64,000 nt of DNA. It comes from Eledone cirrhosa. Its lineage: Eukaryota. The stretch covers positions 323,888,001-323,952,000 of the forward strand of contig OZ024740.1 in assembly GCA_964016885.1 (NCBI GenBank), written 5' to 3'. The position numbers and the translations under genes are program-made. Positions 42,012 through 56,523 of this stretch are shown one piece after another (within the stretch, counting starts at the first letter, position 1; every line of letters starts with the position of its first letter). Under the pieces are notes generated by a model. That model saw only the letters and a list, made by a program, of their open reading frames with translations. It was not told where the DNA came from and did not search any database.

Positions 42012-42332
42012 ATGAGCTTGGTCAAATGGGTAAAAACGTTTGCTTCGCTATCATTAGGTCTCGGGTTTGATCCTACTGCATGGCATCTTGCGCCGGTCCA
42101 TGTCTTATGAGTGAAATTGAGTAGACCGAAACTGGTTGGAGCCACCTGATTGACTGTATCAGTAATTCAAATCGCCAGCCTAGTCTCAGTGTCACACCGA
42201 ATCTCCCTAAGAATAACATTAAGGGTACATGTGTCTGTGGAATGTTCAGCCACTCATACATTAATTTCATGAGCATGCTGCTCTGTTGATCGAACAACTG
42301 GAACACTCATCGTCGAAACCAACGGAGGTCCG
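42012..42332 (+). mobile_element. SINE family B copy, diverged
   Basis: Body and 3' end ...gatcgaacaactggaacactcatcgtcgaaaccaacggag, also seen at 17100-17285. Confidence 0.7.
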
Positions 42333-42427
42333 ACAATCTATTGAGATTAAACTATTTGTCTTGAATTACTTTAAATTGCACCAATTGTAGATGCTGTTTA
42401 TGAATTTTCTACCATCGTGCTGTTCTC

Positions 42428-42604
42428 TATCGGTAGTGGGTTGGACGCCATGCTTTGCAGCAAAGAGTTACAGCCCTTTATGGTCTGAGTTCATATCCCG
42501 CCGAGGTTAACGTTGCCTTTCATCCTTACGGGGTCGATAAAATAAAGTACCAGTAATACACTGGGATAATTGCTGGCCTTGTGCCAAAAGTAGAAACAAT
42601 TATT
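42428..42604 (+). mobile_element. SINE family A copy
   Basis: Consensus match. Confidence 0.85.
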
Positions 42605-43812
42605 GTAATTCTAATAGGGTAGTATTTTATTGCTCTAATTCATTAACATTTAATGTGTTGGATGTCTGAGCCTGCTGTGACTTAGTAAAATATATTTATT
42701 TAGCAATGTAATTATACGATATTATAGAAAACGAAATGCCTCATCTTTTGGTTATTCATTAAATCACCAGTGAAAACATTTATTTTATTCTGTTGTAAAA
42801 ACATTAAGGTAATTAAAAAAATACAAACATATGAAATGTTTCCATCACCTGGTATGATGAAGTTTCATTTTTTTTATTCACCTTAGCCTACAACACATAC
42901 AAACATTTCCAATCCAATTTAACCACAACAAGAATGTTTACCGACCCTTACTATAATACATTCTTGCTGTAAATGGAATTATAACAGAAGATTCCACACG
43001 CTGCAAAATATTTGTGGTGTTGTGCCTGCCTAAGATAGAAACCCTTATCTCTCACTCGGCAGAAAATATCTAAAAATGGGTTTAATTTGAAAATGTTTAT
43101 AGTATCTTTATTTGTGTAGAGATCTTTATGAAAATTCACGGTAGCAGACTAAATACTTAACATCCAAGGTGCCATAGTGCTGTGCTTTCTTTATATTTTA
43201 CTTTCCAAAAATGTCTTGCTAATGCGGGTTTATTAATTCAAAGACTTATAGTATCTTTACTGATAGACAACGCATTGTCAAAATTTGCAGTTTTAGAGTA
43301 AATATTTTGATTGTTAATGCGGTGCAGTCATATTAGTTTAGTAATTTTCAAGAATCTCTTGCTAATATGGTTTCGTGTGGTACAGGATGTTAAGAGTGAA
43401 ACAATAAATATTTCACCTGCTTTTTTTTTAGGGTTTAAACTAAACTGTCTGTCAATCTGTTGTTTTCCTTAATATTCAGATCTTTTCACACCTAGCAATT
43501 AACAAGAACCCTTTATTTCTATGCATTCCCTTATTCTTAGTATTCTCTTTGTAAATTTACCTTTTTGTTTTTCTTTTTACTGCAGCCCCTCCCGTCCAGC
43601 ATCTCTCTCGTCCCCACAAACTTTACATCTTCCCTTTCTTTATAAGCCATTTCTCTCTCGCGTTTCATTCTTCAATTTTTACTTGCTCCTTTTCCTTCTC
43701 TGTACTAACTGCACCTTTCTTTAACATCGTCTACACCCACGTCCCCCATGTGTCTCTCTACCTACTTTATATGTATATAAAGTAGGTAGATAGATACATT
43801 GAAGATAGATAG

Positions 43813-43854
<42 letters not shown>

Positions 43855-44357
43855 AGCTCTCTTCCTCTCAACCTACCTACATATCTAACTACTTATCTAT
43901 CTATCAATCTATTTCCTTACCCATCTATCTATTTATCTCTCTATCTACCTATCTGCGTATTTATCTATCAACCCACTTACCTACCTACCTACCTACCTAT
44001 CTATCTATCTATCTATCTATCATCATGTCTTTCTCTCGTAACAATTAGTTCTATTACGAAGAATGACATGAACGTGACGAAGGATTCCTCTGTAGCAGCT
44101 CAAATTTTCTATCTTTTCTTTTGACTTTTTCATTCTCTTTTATTACTTCGTTCTTCATCGCCAGCAATGGCATGTTTCAAACATCGACTCAGCAATTTAT
44201 AAGTAGATCGCTGCTTATACCGTTAAAGAGTTAATAGCGTAGAAGATTGCTGGATCGCAGAGAGTTAGGGAGGGATTTGACGTTACTTAATTGTAAGCAC
44301 TCCCTGCACGGAAATATGAACACTAAGCATGTGAAAGGGGCAATAACTGACCGAGAT

Positions 44358-44394
<37 letters not shown>

Positions 44395-44604
44395 GGAAGA
44401 GGGAATGAAAGAGGGGGGGGGCGATAGATATGAGAGAGAAGGGAACAAAGACAGGTCGAGAGGATGAGTGGTAAAGGACGGGAGATAATAGAAGGAATGT
44501 GAAAGGTTTCTAGAGGAAGAATAAGGTTGGTAACAAAGGAGAAGAAATAGGGGTAGGGTAAGAAATAATAATGTGAAGGATATGGCAGGCAATTTCAGGA
44601 GGAG

Positions 44605-44940
44605 AAGGTATAGTCGTTCAAATCGACTACAGTACTTGACTCGTACTTTATTTTATAGACCATATAAGGCTAAAACGATTGACCTCGACGGATTATGAAC
44701 ACAGAACGTTTAGAGCAGAAACAAACAGTACATACCATATTTTTCGACTCTAACGATTCTGCTCATCTCCCATCCTAAGAATTCTTTTTAACATTAGCAC
44801 AAGGCCAGCAATTTGGGGGAAAGGGGAAGCCGATTATATCGATTCTAGTACTTGACTGATACTTTATTTCACCGATCCTGAGATTTGAACCCGGAACGCA
44901 AAGAGTCAGAAGAAACACTGCGAAGGCATAATGTTAGCCA
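44605..44940 (-). mobile_element. Two diverged SINE family A-related copies
   Basis: Contain the cacaaggccagcaatt, tactttattttat and atttgaac motifs. Confidence 0.65.
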
Positions 44941-45664
44941 CTCTAAATCTACCACAATGATACCATACCGATGTTACTATCTAGTACTTTGATAACCTAC
45001 TGACACACCCATCCACCACCCCAATGTCCAACGACTCTACTATCCGCCACCAGTCTGATAACCTACCTATTAATTCAACCATTCACCACCTTAATGATCT
45101 ACCGACTTTACCATACACTGCCCATGATATGTAATATACTGATGATCACTGTGACAGTCAAGTCAGCTGAAATGTAGAACACCTCTCGCAGAACGTCAAT
45201 AACAGCGTCATTGACAAATAGGGGTGGTGGTGGTGGTGTGATGGTGACGGTGGCGTTGATTTTGGTGGTGGATTGAAGTTTGAGTTTAAAGGAAAAAACA
45301 GATGACAGTTTCTGTATGATGTCCTTAGTTATACAGGCGAAGCAACAATAATATGAGGATGTCTGTGTCCCCCCCCCCTCTCGCTCTATATGTATGTATG
45401 TCCGGATATGTCTTTGTCTTTGATTATTTGGGTGAGTGTGTGTATATATTTGTGTGTGTATGCATATGTCTGTGTGTGTGTGTGTATGTGCGTGTGTTTG
45501 TGTATATATGTGTGTATGCAAGTCTCTCTCTCTCTCTCTGTATGTGTGTGTACATATTTCTCTGTGTGTGTGCGTGTATGCATATGTCTGCGTGTGTGTG
45601 TATATCTGTGTATGCATATGTCTGTGTGTGTGTGTGTGTGTGTATGTGTGTGTATGCATATGTC

Positions 45665-45695
<31 letters not shown>

Positions 45696-46764
45696 GTGTG
45701 TGTATGCATATGTCTGTGTGTCAGTATATTCGTGTCTGTGTGATGTCATCAGTTGTACAGATGAACCAACAACAGTACGAGAGTGAACGTCCTGTCCACA
45801 TTGGTTATACATTCTGTGGTGATATATCACACTTCACAGTCATTGACTGCCGGACACTTCAACAGTGATTTCATTACACCCTTTATCTACCTCCTCCTCA
45901 CCATCACCATCACCATCACTTTTATTATTACTGTTGAAATGAACTACCTCGCCATTACCACGGTCACCATCATTGCCATCATTCTACTTTATGTGTTATC
46001 AGTGAGACAGTGTCTCTCTCGTCAATAAGTCACGTGACCTCTGAAACAAAGGTCGTAGATTCATATCTCACGGTAGATGTTGTGTTGTGTCTGTGAATGA
46101 GACACTTACCATATTCTCCCATGCCTAATAAATAAATGCTCGTCATCGCGACCACTACCAACGACATCAACACCAACAACACGCACAACCAGCACAACCA
46201 GCACAACCACTATCAATGTCAACACAACCACCACCAGTACATCAACACCACCATTACAAACAACAACAAGGACATTAACACCAACACCACACATGTCCTC
46301 AAACCCAGCACAACCACTGTCACCATCAACACAACCAACAACAACATAAATACCAACATCACGGCTAACATCCTCACAACGAGCACAGCCAGTATCACCA
46401 TCAACACAACCACCAATACCAACACTAAAAAACACCCTCACAACCATCACAAATACAACACTCACAGCACCATCAACAACTTCAACACCAACACTAGTAA
46501 CAAAAACATGACAGACCTCATTATCACAACCAGCAACAACAACACAACAGCTTTCACCATCAAGAACAACATGACCAACATCTCATATCAACACCAACAA
46601 TAGCAACATAACAATCAATACTCCTATTCACCACAGCTAAGAGAACCCTCCCATCAACTACAGTACTACCATCACATATACCACTACATTATGTTTTCTA
46701 AATTTACTCGGATGATAAGTCTTGGGTTCAAATCCCACCTAGCGTCACATTAGAAATGGTGTCG

Positions 46765-47220
46765 CTTCTGCCAGGAGTTGTGACCGACAGATAGTATTAG
46801 CAATGGAAATATTGTTTCTTTGGTCCGATTTGCCAAACAATTCCTTTTTTTCTGCCAGAAACTTTGACCGTCAGATAGTATTAGGAATGGAAAAACCAAT
46901 GGAAACATTGTTTACTTGGTCCGATTTGCCAATCAACTCCCTTTTTTTCTGCCTGGCACTGTAACCGACAGATAGTATTAGCAATGGAAAAACCAATGGA
47001 AACATTGTCTCCTTGGTCCAATTTGCCGATCAACACCTTTCTTCTGCCATGAGTTGTACCTGACAGATAGTATCAGAAATTAAATTAGCAAGAGTAGTTA
47101 AAATATCAGTGGAAACAATTTCCTTGCTCTGATCAGACGATCGGCTCCTTTCCTTTCTTCTGCCGATAGTTGTAACAAGACTGATAGTATCAGCAATGAA
47201 AAAATCCATGGAAACATTTC
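46765..47220. repeat. Diverged tandem repeat of about 95-bp unit, about 5 copies
   Basis: cagatagtattagcaatggaaaaaccaatggaaacattgt..cttggtccgatttgcc recurs. Confidence 0.85.
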
Positions 47221-47640
47221 CTTTCCTTCTTCCCATCTTTCTTTTCTAGTAAGCAAGCAGTCAACAGAGTGAGGTGATGGCAGACAATCGTAAAAAGTGA
47301 CAACTGATGAAGAAGACATTAAATCTATTTTCCATCAGTCAGTCAAAATAAAATATTCAATATATATGTATATTAAAACAATTAATATTTCCATTTGTAA
47401 TGAGTATTTTTAAAGAAGATATTTCACCCCCTTGTTAAAGATGGTTAAAGATATTTCAGCTGCTTGTTAAAGATGGTTAAACAATGAAACGTCAACAAAA
47501 TACAACATATCTTCTTCCAATTTATTTTTGTATTTTATCTTGTATCGTCTTTCACATTCCTGTCACTAACACTAAAACAATGTACATGAGTGTGATTGAG
47601 TGTGTATACATTGCACACACACACACATATATATATACAG

Positions 47641-47738
<98 letters not shown>

Positions 47739-49811
47739 ACACGCATACACACACACACCACACGCACATATATATGTATTGCCACTTCTCTTACCAGTTT
47801 CTCACTTTATTACCCAATGTCTTTGTTTCAAGTGCTCACACCATTTCTCATTCTATCTTTCAGTCTACCTCTTCCCATCCTATCTCCATTACGTCACCTA
47901 TCTATTCTTTCTTTCATTTCTATATTTTGTCTTCCACCATTTCTTCATTTCCCTTTCTCTTTCTCTTTCTTTTACACGTTCTTTCTACTTCTCTCTTCTT
48001 TGCGAGGTCTTACATAATTTTCTGCAGAATCCATTCCAGCAGATAATTAGCAAAAGAAAAGAAAAAAATAATAAATCTTAGAAATGTGTTAATTAACAAA
48101 ACCAATTCTACCAAGTGTAGTTTTTCTATAGAAAGTTGCCATGACTCCACTATATATTCTACGGAGTTCCTTGGAATTGGCACTGCAAACAGAACGCTTC
48201 TTTAGTCAATAGATAATGTAAAAGTCAGACATATTGGATGTAAAATATTTATTTTAGTTTGTTTCTTTGAATAATTTATATTCGGTGTTGCAAGGAAGAT
48301 GAAAGAATCTTTTGCATTGTTTCCTGAAAAGATATGGCGTCTGTAAAGATTAATGGATGACTTGGCACTTTACATCAAGTTTGTTGGGGTGTGAGACCAA
48401 GATGGATTTAAAATAGACAAACAGTGAATTACATTATCTTAAAAATAAATATGAAATACGGATTGCTAGAGAACCTATACAGAAGAGAAACAAACACATA
48501 AAAATGACGATGAATAACTAAATTTGACGTTACTGACTTATTTATTCACATTATGGGCTTGTAAAATCCTTCATATTAGTGAATTCCATTCCACTACAAG
48601 TATACGAATCAGATATCCTGTTTGAGAAAACACTCCCCCTATTCATCGGTCTTAGGATGTTCCGAAGAGCATCATCCACACCGCTCTTATTTTCCTGAAC
48701 AAAAACAGGGTTGGGGAGAAATTAAAAAGAAAATTGCCAATCAAATCTTCCTTTTTTTTTTAAATCAAATTTCAGCGATCTCAATACTTTCTTTTATCTA
48801 CGAGAGATATATGAACCTATTTAGATATTGGTTTCTGTAAAAAGAAGCACAAGACATAAAAACTCACACTATTTTAAAGTGATGCTAATAAGGAAATATA
48901 AGTGTCTTTAGTAAACCTAACACATAAAAAGACATTATTTAAAAGTGACACATAGTAAACCTAACACATAAAAAGACATTATTTAAAAGTTAATGACAAA
49001 ATACATAAATAAACAAAATGCAACTATAATTAAAAGAGTGATTACTGTCAGCGTCTTAATTTCAATGTTGAAATTCTAAACAACTCTTAATAAACAAATA
49101 CCCACCCTACCCCAGAGAGTAGAGAGTCTTAGTACTATGGGAGTAATAATCTTTTTAGTACCAGGGGTTAATTACAAGTGCATGAGAACATGCGGGGTCG
49201 AAATCTTTTGGTGAGGAAAAAATAATGAATATTAAATTTCACAAATTTATAGCTAGGAAACTTATATTAAATTACAGTTTAGGGTTTTAAAGGCTTAAAC
49301 AGTTTTTTCCCCCTTTAATTCGGCCTACCCCGTGTGGGTTTCTTGGGATTATGTCAACAAGGGGAGGTTTCAATTTTGAAGTTAGACGAAATTTTGATTA
49401 CATAATCGTGATGCTCCCTACACACTACCCTGCACAAAATTCACGTCAGCGATGGAAGTATTTATATATAAGCGCTAAATACATTTTAAAATCACCGTAT
49501 TTTGGGGAATATAAGACGCACATTTCACCAACCAAAATTTGAGTTCAAAATCTGCCTCCACCCTGTACATACCAAGTTCAAATACAATTACAAATACAAG
49601 AGCACACTATACACAAACCATGTATTAGTATAGCTACATATTTAAGTAGACAAATATTGACTTCCAAGAAAATTAATCCATGAAAATTAATCTCTCGATA
49701 GACTGGTGTCCTGTCAGGGTGTTCACAGTCACTTAACGCAAATGAAACCGAATTAAGCACCGACTCGGTGAGCCTCTGAGCTTGAGACAAATCTTATATA
49801 TCAGCAGATTT

Positions 49812-50080
49812 GACAGCGCCTGGCTTAGTGGTTAGGGGGTTCTCTTCACGATTGCAGTATGGTCGCGTGAGTTCGATTCACGGGCCAGGCGGCGTGATGG
49901 TTCCTCGAGCAACATACTTTATTTTCCGTTATCCCAGTCGACTCAACTGGCAAAAAGGATGTACACCTGTAATTAAAGGGGGCCAACCTTGTCACACATT
50001 CTGTCACACTGAATCTCTCTACACGTGTCTGTGGAATGTTCGGCCATTCACATGTTACTTCGTCGGAAACGACTGAAGGC
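49812..50080 (+). mobile_element. SINE family B copy
   Basis: gcgcctggcttagtggttagggg...gtgagttcgattc; body match. Confidence 0.75.
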
Positions 50081-50276
50081 CTCTATTAATGTATATGGGT
50101 GTGTGTGTGTGTGAGTGTGTGAGTGTGTGTGTGTGTGTACTTGCGCACGAGCAGTACACTATTCACTTCGATTTTTAGCATCAAAGATAAATTCAACCTG
50201 CAGGAAAAATTTGAAAAAAAAAACATCTGCTTGTTTACTTTAAAAATAGGGTAACCTTCTCACACAGCATGGTTAG

Positions 50277-50417
<141 letters not shown>

Positions 50418-50435
50418 TATATATATATATATATT

Positions 50436-50490
<55 letters not shown>

Positions 50491-50815
50491 GAAGGGGCAT
50501 GGCTTAGTGCTTGGAGCGTTGGGCTTGCAAACAATAGGTTGTGAGTTCGATTCTTCTTGAGTAAGACACTAAGTTGCTCCAGTATACTACGGTCCTGTAT
50601 AAACCTCTTCTAAATGAGTTGTGACGTCACTGGTGCCAAGGTGTATCGGCCTTAGCCTTTCCCTGGAACAACAACGGTAGCGTGGAGAGGGGCGACTGGA
50701 ATGCATGGGTGACAGCTGGTCTATCACAAACAGTCATGTCCGGAATTGTGCCTTGGAGGGAGAACTTTCTAGGCACAAATCTCATGGTCATTCGTGATCG
50801 AGGATGTCTTTACCC
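50491..50815 (+). mobile_element. SINE family B-related copy
   Basis: ggcatggcttagtgcttggagcgttgggcttgc...gtgagttcgattc...gagtaagacac. Confidence 0.72.
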
Positions 50816-50821
50816 CTATAT

Positions 50822-51000
50822 TGGTGGATTGGCAGTATCGGTAGAGGGTCGGACGCCATGCTTTGCAGCATGGAGTTACGGCTCTTTGTGGTCTGAGTTC
50901 AAATCCCGTCGAGGTTAACTTTGCCTTTCATCCTTACGGGGTCGATAAAATAAAGTACCAGTAATACACTGAGATAATCGCTGGCCTTGCGCCAAAAGTA

Positions 51001-51008
<8 letters not shown>
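50822..51008 (+). mobile_element. SINE family A copy inserted directly after a family B SINE
   Basis: Consensus match. Confidence 0.87.
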
Positions 51009-51093
<85 letters not shown>

Positions 51094-51493
51094 AGAGAGA
51101 GAGGGAGAGAGAGAGAGAGGGGGAGAGAGAGAGACATATGTAGGCCAACGTAGTAACCGTGAACTTTAGGGTTATTATAACTGTCTTGCCACCTTCCCCT
51201 TACACAATACAGACATGGCACGTTATGGTGTTATAGTAATCTCAAAATATTGGTAGATATCCTTGTATTAACAGACATGTGTATATAGACTGCATGATGA
51301 AACAGTGGGAGATATAGTAGAGACTTAGAAATATGGATAAGTGTGTATAAGGAGAGAGGGAGAGGGGGAGAGAGGAGGAGGGGGAGGAGGGAGATTGCAA
51401 TGAGATGAAGGAATACAAGTAACACAGCGTGACTAGAAATATATACATACCTGTAAATGTTGTGTAAATATATGTATGGTTGAACATACATAA

Positions 51494-51526
<33 letters not shown>

Positions 51527-51776
51527 CAAACACACAAATACACACACACAAATATACACACACACATATACACATATATGCATACGCACATACACACACA
51601 CATACATACATATATAGCACATACATGAACTGGCATACACACACACACACATATATATATATATACACACACAGATACATACATATACATACATACACGA
51701 ACTGGCGTACACACACACACACATATATATATTTATATACAGAGAGAATGAGAGAAAGAAAGAAAGAAAGAAAGAA

Positions 51777-51840
<64 letters not shown>

Positions 51841-52155
51841 GGTTTGAGAGTGAGAATGTTACATTTTCGTAGAATGTTACATTTGCGTAGAATGTTAGAT
51901 TTTCGTAGGAGTAAGACTATTATTGAAATGAGTACTCCATACATAAAGAAAGAAGTACGTAGACATTGTTGCAGGATAAAGACGTTTGGATTGGCAGTAG
52001 CAACAGAGCCTCGGACAAAATGCTTTGCCAGCATATAGTTACGACAGAAAGCCCTACGGTGAAGCTTTACCCGTATCAATGTAACATGTAAAAGATAAAA
52101 ATATGTGTAATTATTAATGAGTCAACTCAGAATACACACACACATATATATATAC

Positions 52156-52186
<31 letters not shown>

Positions 52187-52407
52187 TAGTGATAGAGAGA
52201 GTTATATATAAAAAAAAAAGCTTCAACAGGACTAGACCCGTTTCATTCGTATGAAATCACCAGGATTTCATACGGATGAAACAGTTCTAGTCCTGCAGAA
52301 ACATTTTCTATATAAACCTCTGTCATTACTCTACATGTATTGAACACCTTATTTACTGTTGTTATCCCCGACTCAACTAGGTATCAACATTACACACACA
52401 CACGCAC

Positions 52408-52460
<53 letters not shown>

Positions 52461-52976
52461 TTAGACACAGGCATACATGTACGTATATTATAAGTTATTC
52501 AAAGGGCGAGAGGGATAGTCGTGATGACAGTGGTTCTGTCCTGAAATATTGATAAGACTGATATTTAGTTTGACCTTCTGAAGGTGGATGTCTTCATTTG
52601 AAAGCAGAGAGAAGAGAGAACTACAGAAATATTCAAACCGTAGTTTGGAGAATTAAGGAAAGTCTTTAGTGGGGGAATAGCGATGGATGTAGAAGACAGT
52701 GGGGAGAGGGGATAGTTAGTTCTAGAAAACCATATATGGTTATGTGCTTGTAATCACCGTGATACATATACACACACAGACACACACACACACATATATA
52801 TATACACACAGATACATATATATATATACACACACACATATATATATTACGTATGAAATGTCTGATTTCCTTACGCACTTTTAATTCGAAATCGGTCGTT
52901 TTCATACTTACTGACCTGATATACTTATACCCTAATACACATAAATATACAAAAGTAGGTGTGTGTGTGTGTGTGT

Positions 52977-53067
<91 letters not shown>

Positions 53068-53229
53068 GTAATCTGAGTTTTTCGAATATTATAACATTCG
53101 ATTAGTTCGCAATTATGCAAACAAACCTCAATTTTATAGCCATGTCAGTAGAATGAACCCTTCATTCTTGGTCTTGTGTTGGCATACATTTATTGTATTC
53201 AGCCATGTAGAGCGATAAAGGTTTGCTTT

Positions 53230-53261
<32 letters not shown>

Positions 53262-53661
53262 TGTATGTATGTATGTATGTATGTATGTATGTATATATGT
53301 GTGCGTATTCACACGCTTATATATATACAATGATATTAAATAATTACATGAATATTTACGCCAGAAAACTGTCGAGTGCTCTGAATCAGTTATAAACATT
53401 TATATTTGTTGTATTTCACACAAATTAAATATCCCTTCTACTTATATATATATATAAATGTATTTTTTCTCGCGAGTCAGTTCTTTCGTTGCTACGGACC
53501 CCGCAGCTGAATTACCGGTCGCTATCTTCAATTTGCAAAGCCCTTTGAACGTAATGTTATTACTCTAAGGTTTTATACCGAATCGAGTGCTTGGCTGCTC
53601 TTTCTGATTGCATTCGTTGGCTTAGCTGCGGTTCGAGCTTCGACTATGCTGTACTTCCATT

Positions 53662-53707
<46 letters not shown>

Positions 53708-53823
53708 AAAGTTGTTGGGATACAACAAGTAAATATTTTTATAACTGATATAAAGCACTCGACAAGTTTTTGGAGTAGATATACGATATTAATAAATGGA
53801 AACTATATTTATAAAACCATATT

Positions 53824-53888
53824 TATTTCATTATACATATTTCAGGGATACCATATTAAATTATGGTATGCCGTCATCAGACAAAATA
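53824..53888 (-). ncRNA. Type I hammerhead motif in the left arm, mirror of 54004-54068
   Basis: Reverse complement of the right-arm motif. Confidence 0.7.
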
Positions 53889-54003
53889 CAATATATAACA
53901 GTTTTACAAATAGCTTTGACGTACCCTTTTAAAATACAACCATTACTTTTGGAGGCTGTATGGATAGTGAATTGTTTATATTGTTTTAATATGTTATATA
54001 TTG

Positions 54004-54068
54004 TATTTTGTCTGATGACGGCATACCATAATTTAATTTGGTATCCCTGAAATATGTATAATGAAATA
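54004..54068 (+). ncRNA. Type I hammerhead motif in the right arm of an inverted repeat
   Basis: tattttgt CTGATGA cggcatacca..tggtatccct GAAAT atgt ATA atgaaata; stem II has two mismatches. Confidence 0.7.
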
Positions 54069-54107
54069 AATATGGTTTTATAAATATAGTTTCCATTTAT
54101 TAATATC

Positions 54108-54158
<51 letters not shown>

Positions 54159-54482
54159 AAAAGAGTGACAAACAGATTGACAGATCCACACGTGCATCTC
54201 TATTAGTACAATTGTATATACACCTCCACCACAGCGACGTGCATAGATACATATATAAGTAAATACGTAAATACGTATAAGTAGACATTGCAATACAACG
54301 AGAGGAAACATAATAGTACCACTGATAAGTAAATACGAATACATCAGACGCAGACCACAGAGGAATTGTGTGTAGAAATCAGGCGTGATTTGATAGAAAT
54401 TAATGAGGAATTTGTTGGAATATTTTGAGTAAAGGCCAATTAGTTATCGATATATCACCAATATTTTGTATGCATGCATGTA

Positions 54483-54550
<68 letters not shown>

Positions 54551-54591
54551 AACGCAATGACGACCTAATATTTCCTTTTTATTATTAGTAA

Positions 54592-54622
<31 letters not shown>

Positions 54623-54973
54623 TAGAATATTCGAAAATATTCTGTATGTTTATAATAAACATTTTGAAGACCTAATCGCTATAGAATAGAATACGTCACG
54701 TATTACAATTAGATGAAACGCGTAGATTACTTCCCTTGCTTTTATCGAGAATCTAATTGTAATACGTGACGTATTCTATTCTATAGCGATTAGGTCTTCA
54801 AAATGTTTATTATAAACATACAGAATATTTTCGAATATTCTATGTCTATACTCACATATATATCGCTATTTCAGAGCATTTATTCCAATTTCTAATTTCT
54901 GCCGGACCGGCAACCGCTCTTTCAAACCAGTTCCAGTACACAGCTAAGTATTCTATAAGTCTCTAGCTGTGTC

Positions 54974-55062
54974 ATTCTCGATAAAAGCACTGGATATGTA
55001 GTCCTGATGAATTCTAACAAGAATGAAACGCGTAGATTACTTCCCTTGCTTTTATCGAGAAT
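54974..55062 (+). ncRNA. Type I hammerhead ribozyme, unit 1; predicted cleavage after GUA at 55034
   Basis: Stem I gtagtc/gattac extended by attctcgataaaagca/tgcttttatcgagaat; core CTGATGA; stem II attct-aaca-agaat; GAAA; palindromic stem III ACGCGT. Confidence 0.9.
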
Positions 55063-55283
55063 CTAATTGTAATACGTGACGTATTCTATTCTATAGCGAT
55101 TAGGTCTTCAAAATGTTTATTATAAACATACAGAATATTTTCGAATATTCTATGTCTATACTCACATATATATCGCTATTTCAGAGCATTTATTCCAATT
55201 TCTAATTTCTGCCGGACCGGCAACCGCTCTTTCAAACCAGTTCCAGTACACAGCTAAGTATTCTATAAGTCTCTAGCTGTGTC

Positions 55284-55372
55284 ATTCTCGATAAAAGCAC
55301 TGGATATGTAGTCCTGATGAATTCTAACAAGAATGAAACGCGTAGATTACTTCCCTTGCTTTTATCGAGAAT
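55284..55372 (+). ncRNA. Type I hammerhead ribozyme, unit 2; cleavage after 55344
   Basis: Same sequence as unit 1. Confidence 0.9.
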
Positions 55373-55593
55373 CTAATTGTAATACGTGACGTATTCTATT
55401 CTATAGCGATTAGGTCTTCAAAATGTTTATTATAAACATACAGAATATTTTCGAATATTCTATGTCTATACTCACATATATATCGCTATTTCAGAGCATT
55501 TATTCCAATTTCTAATTTCTGCCGGACCGGCAACCGCTCTTTCAAACCAGTTCCAGTACACAGCTAAGTATTCTATAAGTCTCTAGCTGTGTC

Positions 55594-55682
55594 ATTCTCG
55601 ATAAAAGCACTGGATATGTAGTCCTGATGAATTCTAACAAGAATGAAACGCGTAGATTACTTCCCTTGCTTTTATCGAGAAT
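55594..55682 (+). ncRNA. Type I hammerhead ribozyme, unit 3; cleavage after 55654
   Basis: Same sequence as unit 1. Confidence 0.9.
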
Positions 55683-55903
55683 CTAATTGTAATACGTGAC
55701 GTATTCTATTCTATAGCGATTAGGTCTTCAAAATGTTTATTATAAACATACAGAATATTTTCGAATATTCTATGTCTATACTCACATATATATCGCTATT
55801 TCAGAGCATTTATTCCAATTTCTAATTTCTGCCGGACCGGCAACCGCTCTTTCAAACCAGTTCCAGTACACAGCTAAGTATTCTATAAGTCTCTAGCTGT
55901 GTC

Positions 55904-55992
55904 ATTCTCGATAAAAGCACTGGATATGTAGTCCTGATGAATTCTAACAAGAATGAAACGCGTAGATTACTTCCCTTGCTTTTATCGAGAAT
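55904..55992 (+). ncRNA. Type I hammerhead ribozyme, unit 4; cleavage after 55964
   Basis: Same sequence as unit 1. Confidence 0.9.
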
Positions 55993-56213
55993 CTAATTGT
56001 AATACGTGACGTATTCTATTCTATAGCGATTAGGTCTTCAAAATGTTTATTATAAACATACAGAATATTTTCGAATATTCTATGTCTATACTCACATATA
56101 TATCGCTATTTCAGAGCATTTATTCCAATTTCTAATTTCTGCCGGACCGGCAACCGCTCTTTCAAACCAGTTCCAGTACACAGCTAAGTATTCTATAAGT
56201 CTCTAGCTGTGTC

Positions 56214-56302
56214 ATTCTCGATAAAAGCACTGGATATGTAGTCCTGATGAATTCTAACAAGAATGAAACGCGTAGATTACTTCCCTTGCTTTTATCGAGA
56301 AT
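56214..56302 (+). ncRNA. Type I hammerhead ribozyme, unit 5; cleavage after 56274
   Basis: Same sequence as unit 1. Confidence 0.9.
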
Positions 56303-56523
56303 CTAATTGTAATACGTGACGTATTCTATTCTATAGCGATTAGGTCTTCAAAATGTTTATTATAAACATACAGAATATTTTCGAATATTCTATGTCTATA
56401 CTCACATATATATCGCTATTTCAGAGCATTTATTCCAATTTCTAATTTCTGCCGGACCGGCAACCGCTCTTTCAAACCAGTTCCAGTACACAGCTAAGTA
56501 TTCTATAAGTCTCTAGCTGTGTC

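Noticed and set aside
46106-46603. Thr/Asn-rich ORF resembling a mucin
   Set aside because: Degenerate (CAA/CAC)n low-complexity tract.
48100-48700. Possible decayed transposase sequence
   Set aside because: I could not recover any recognisable motif by manual translation.
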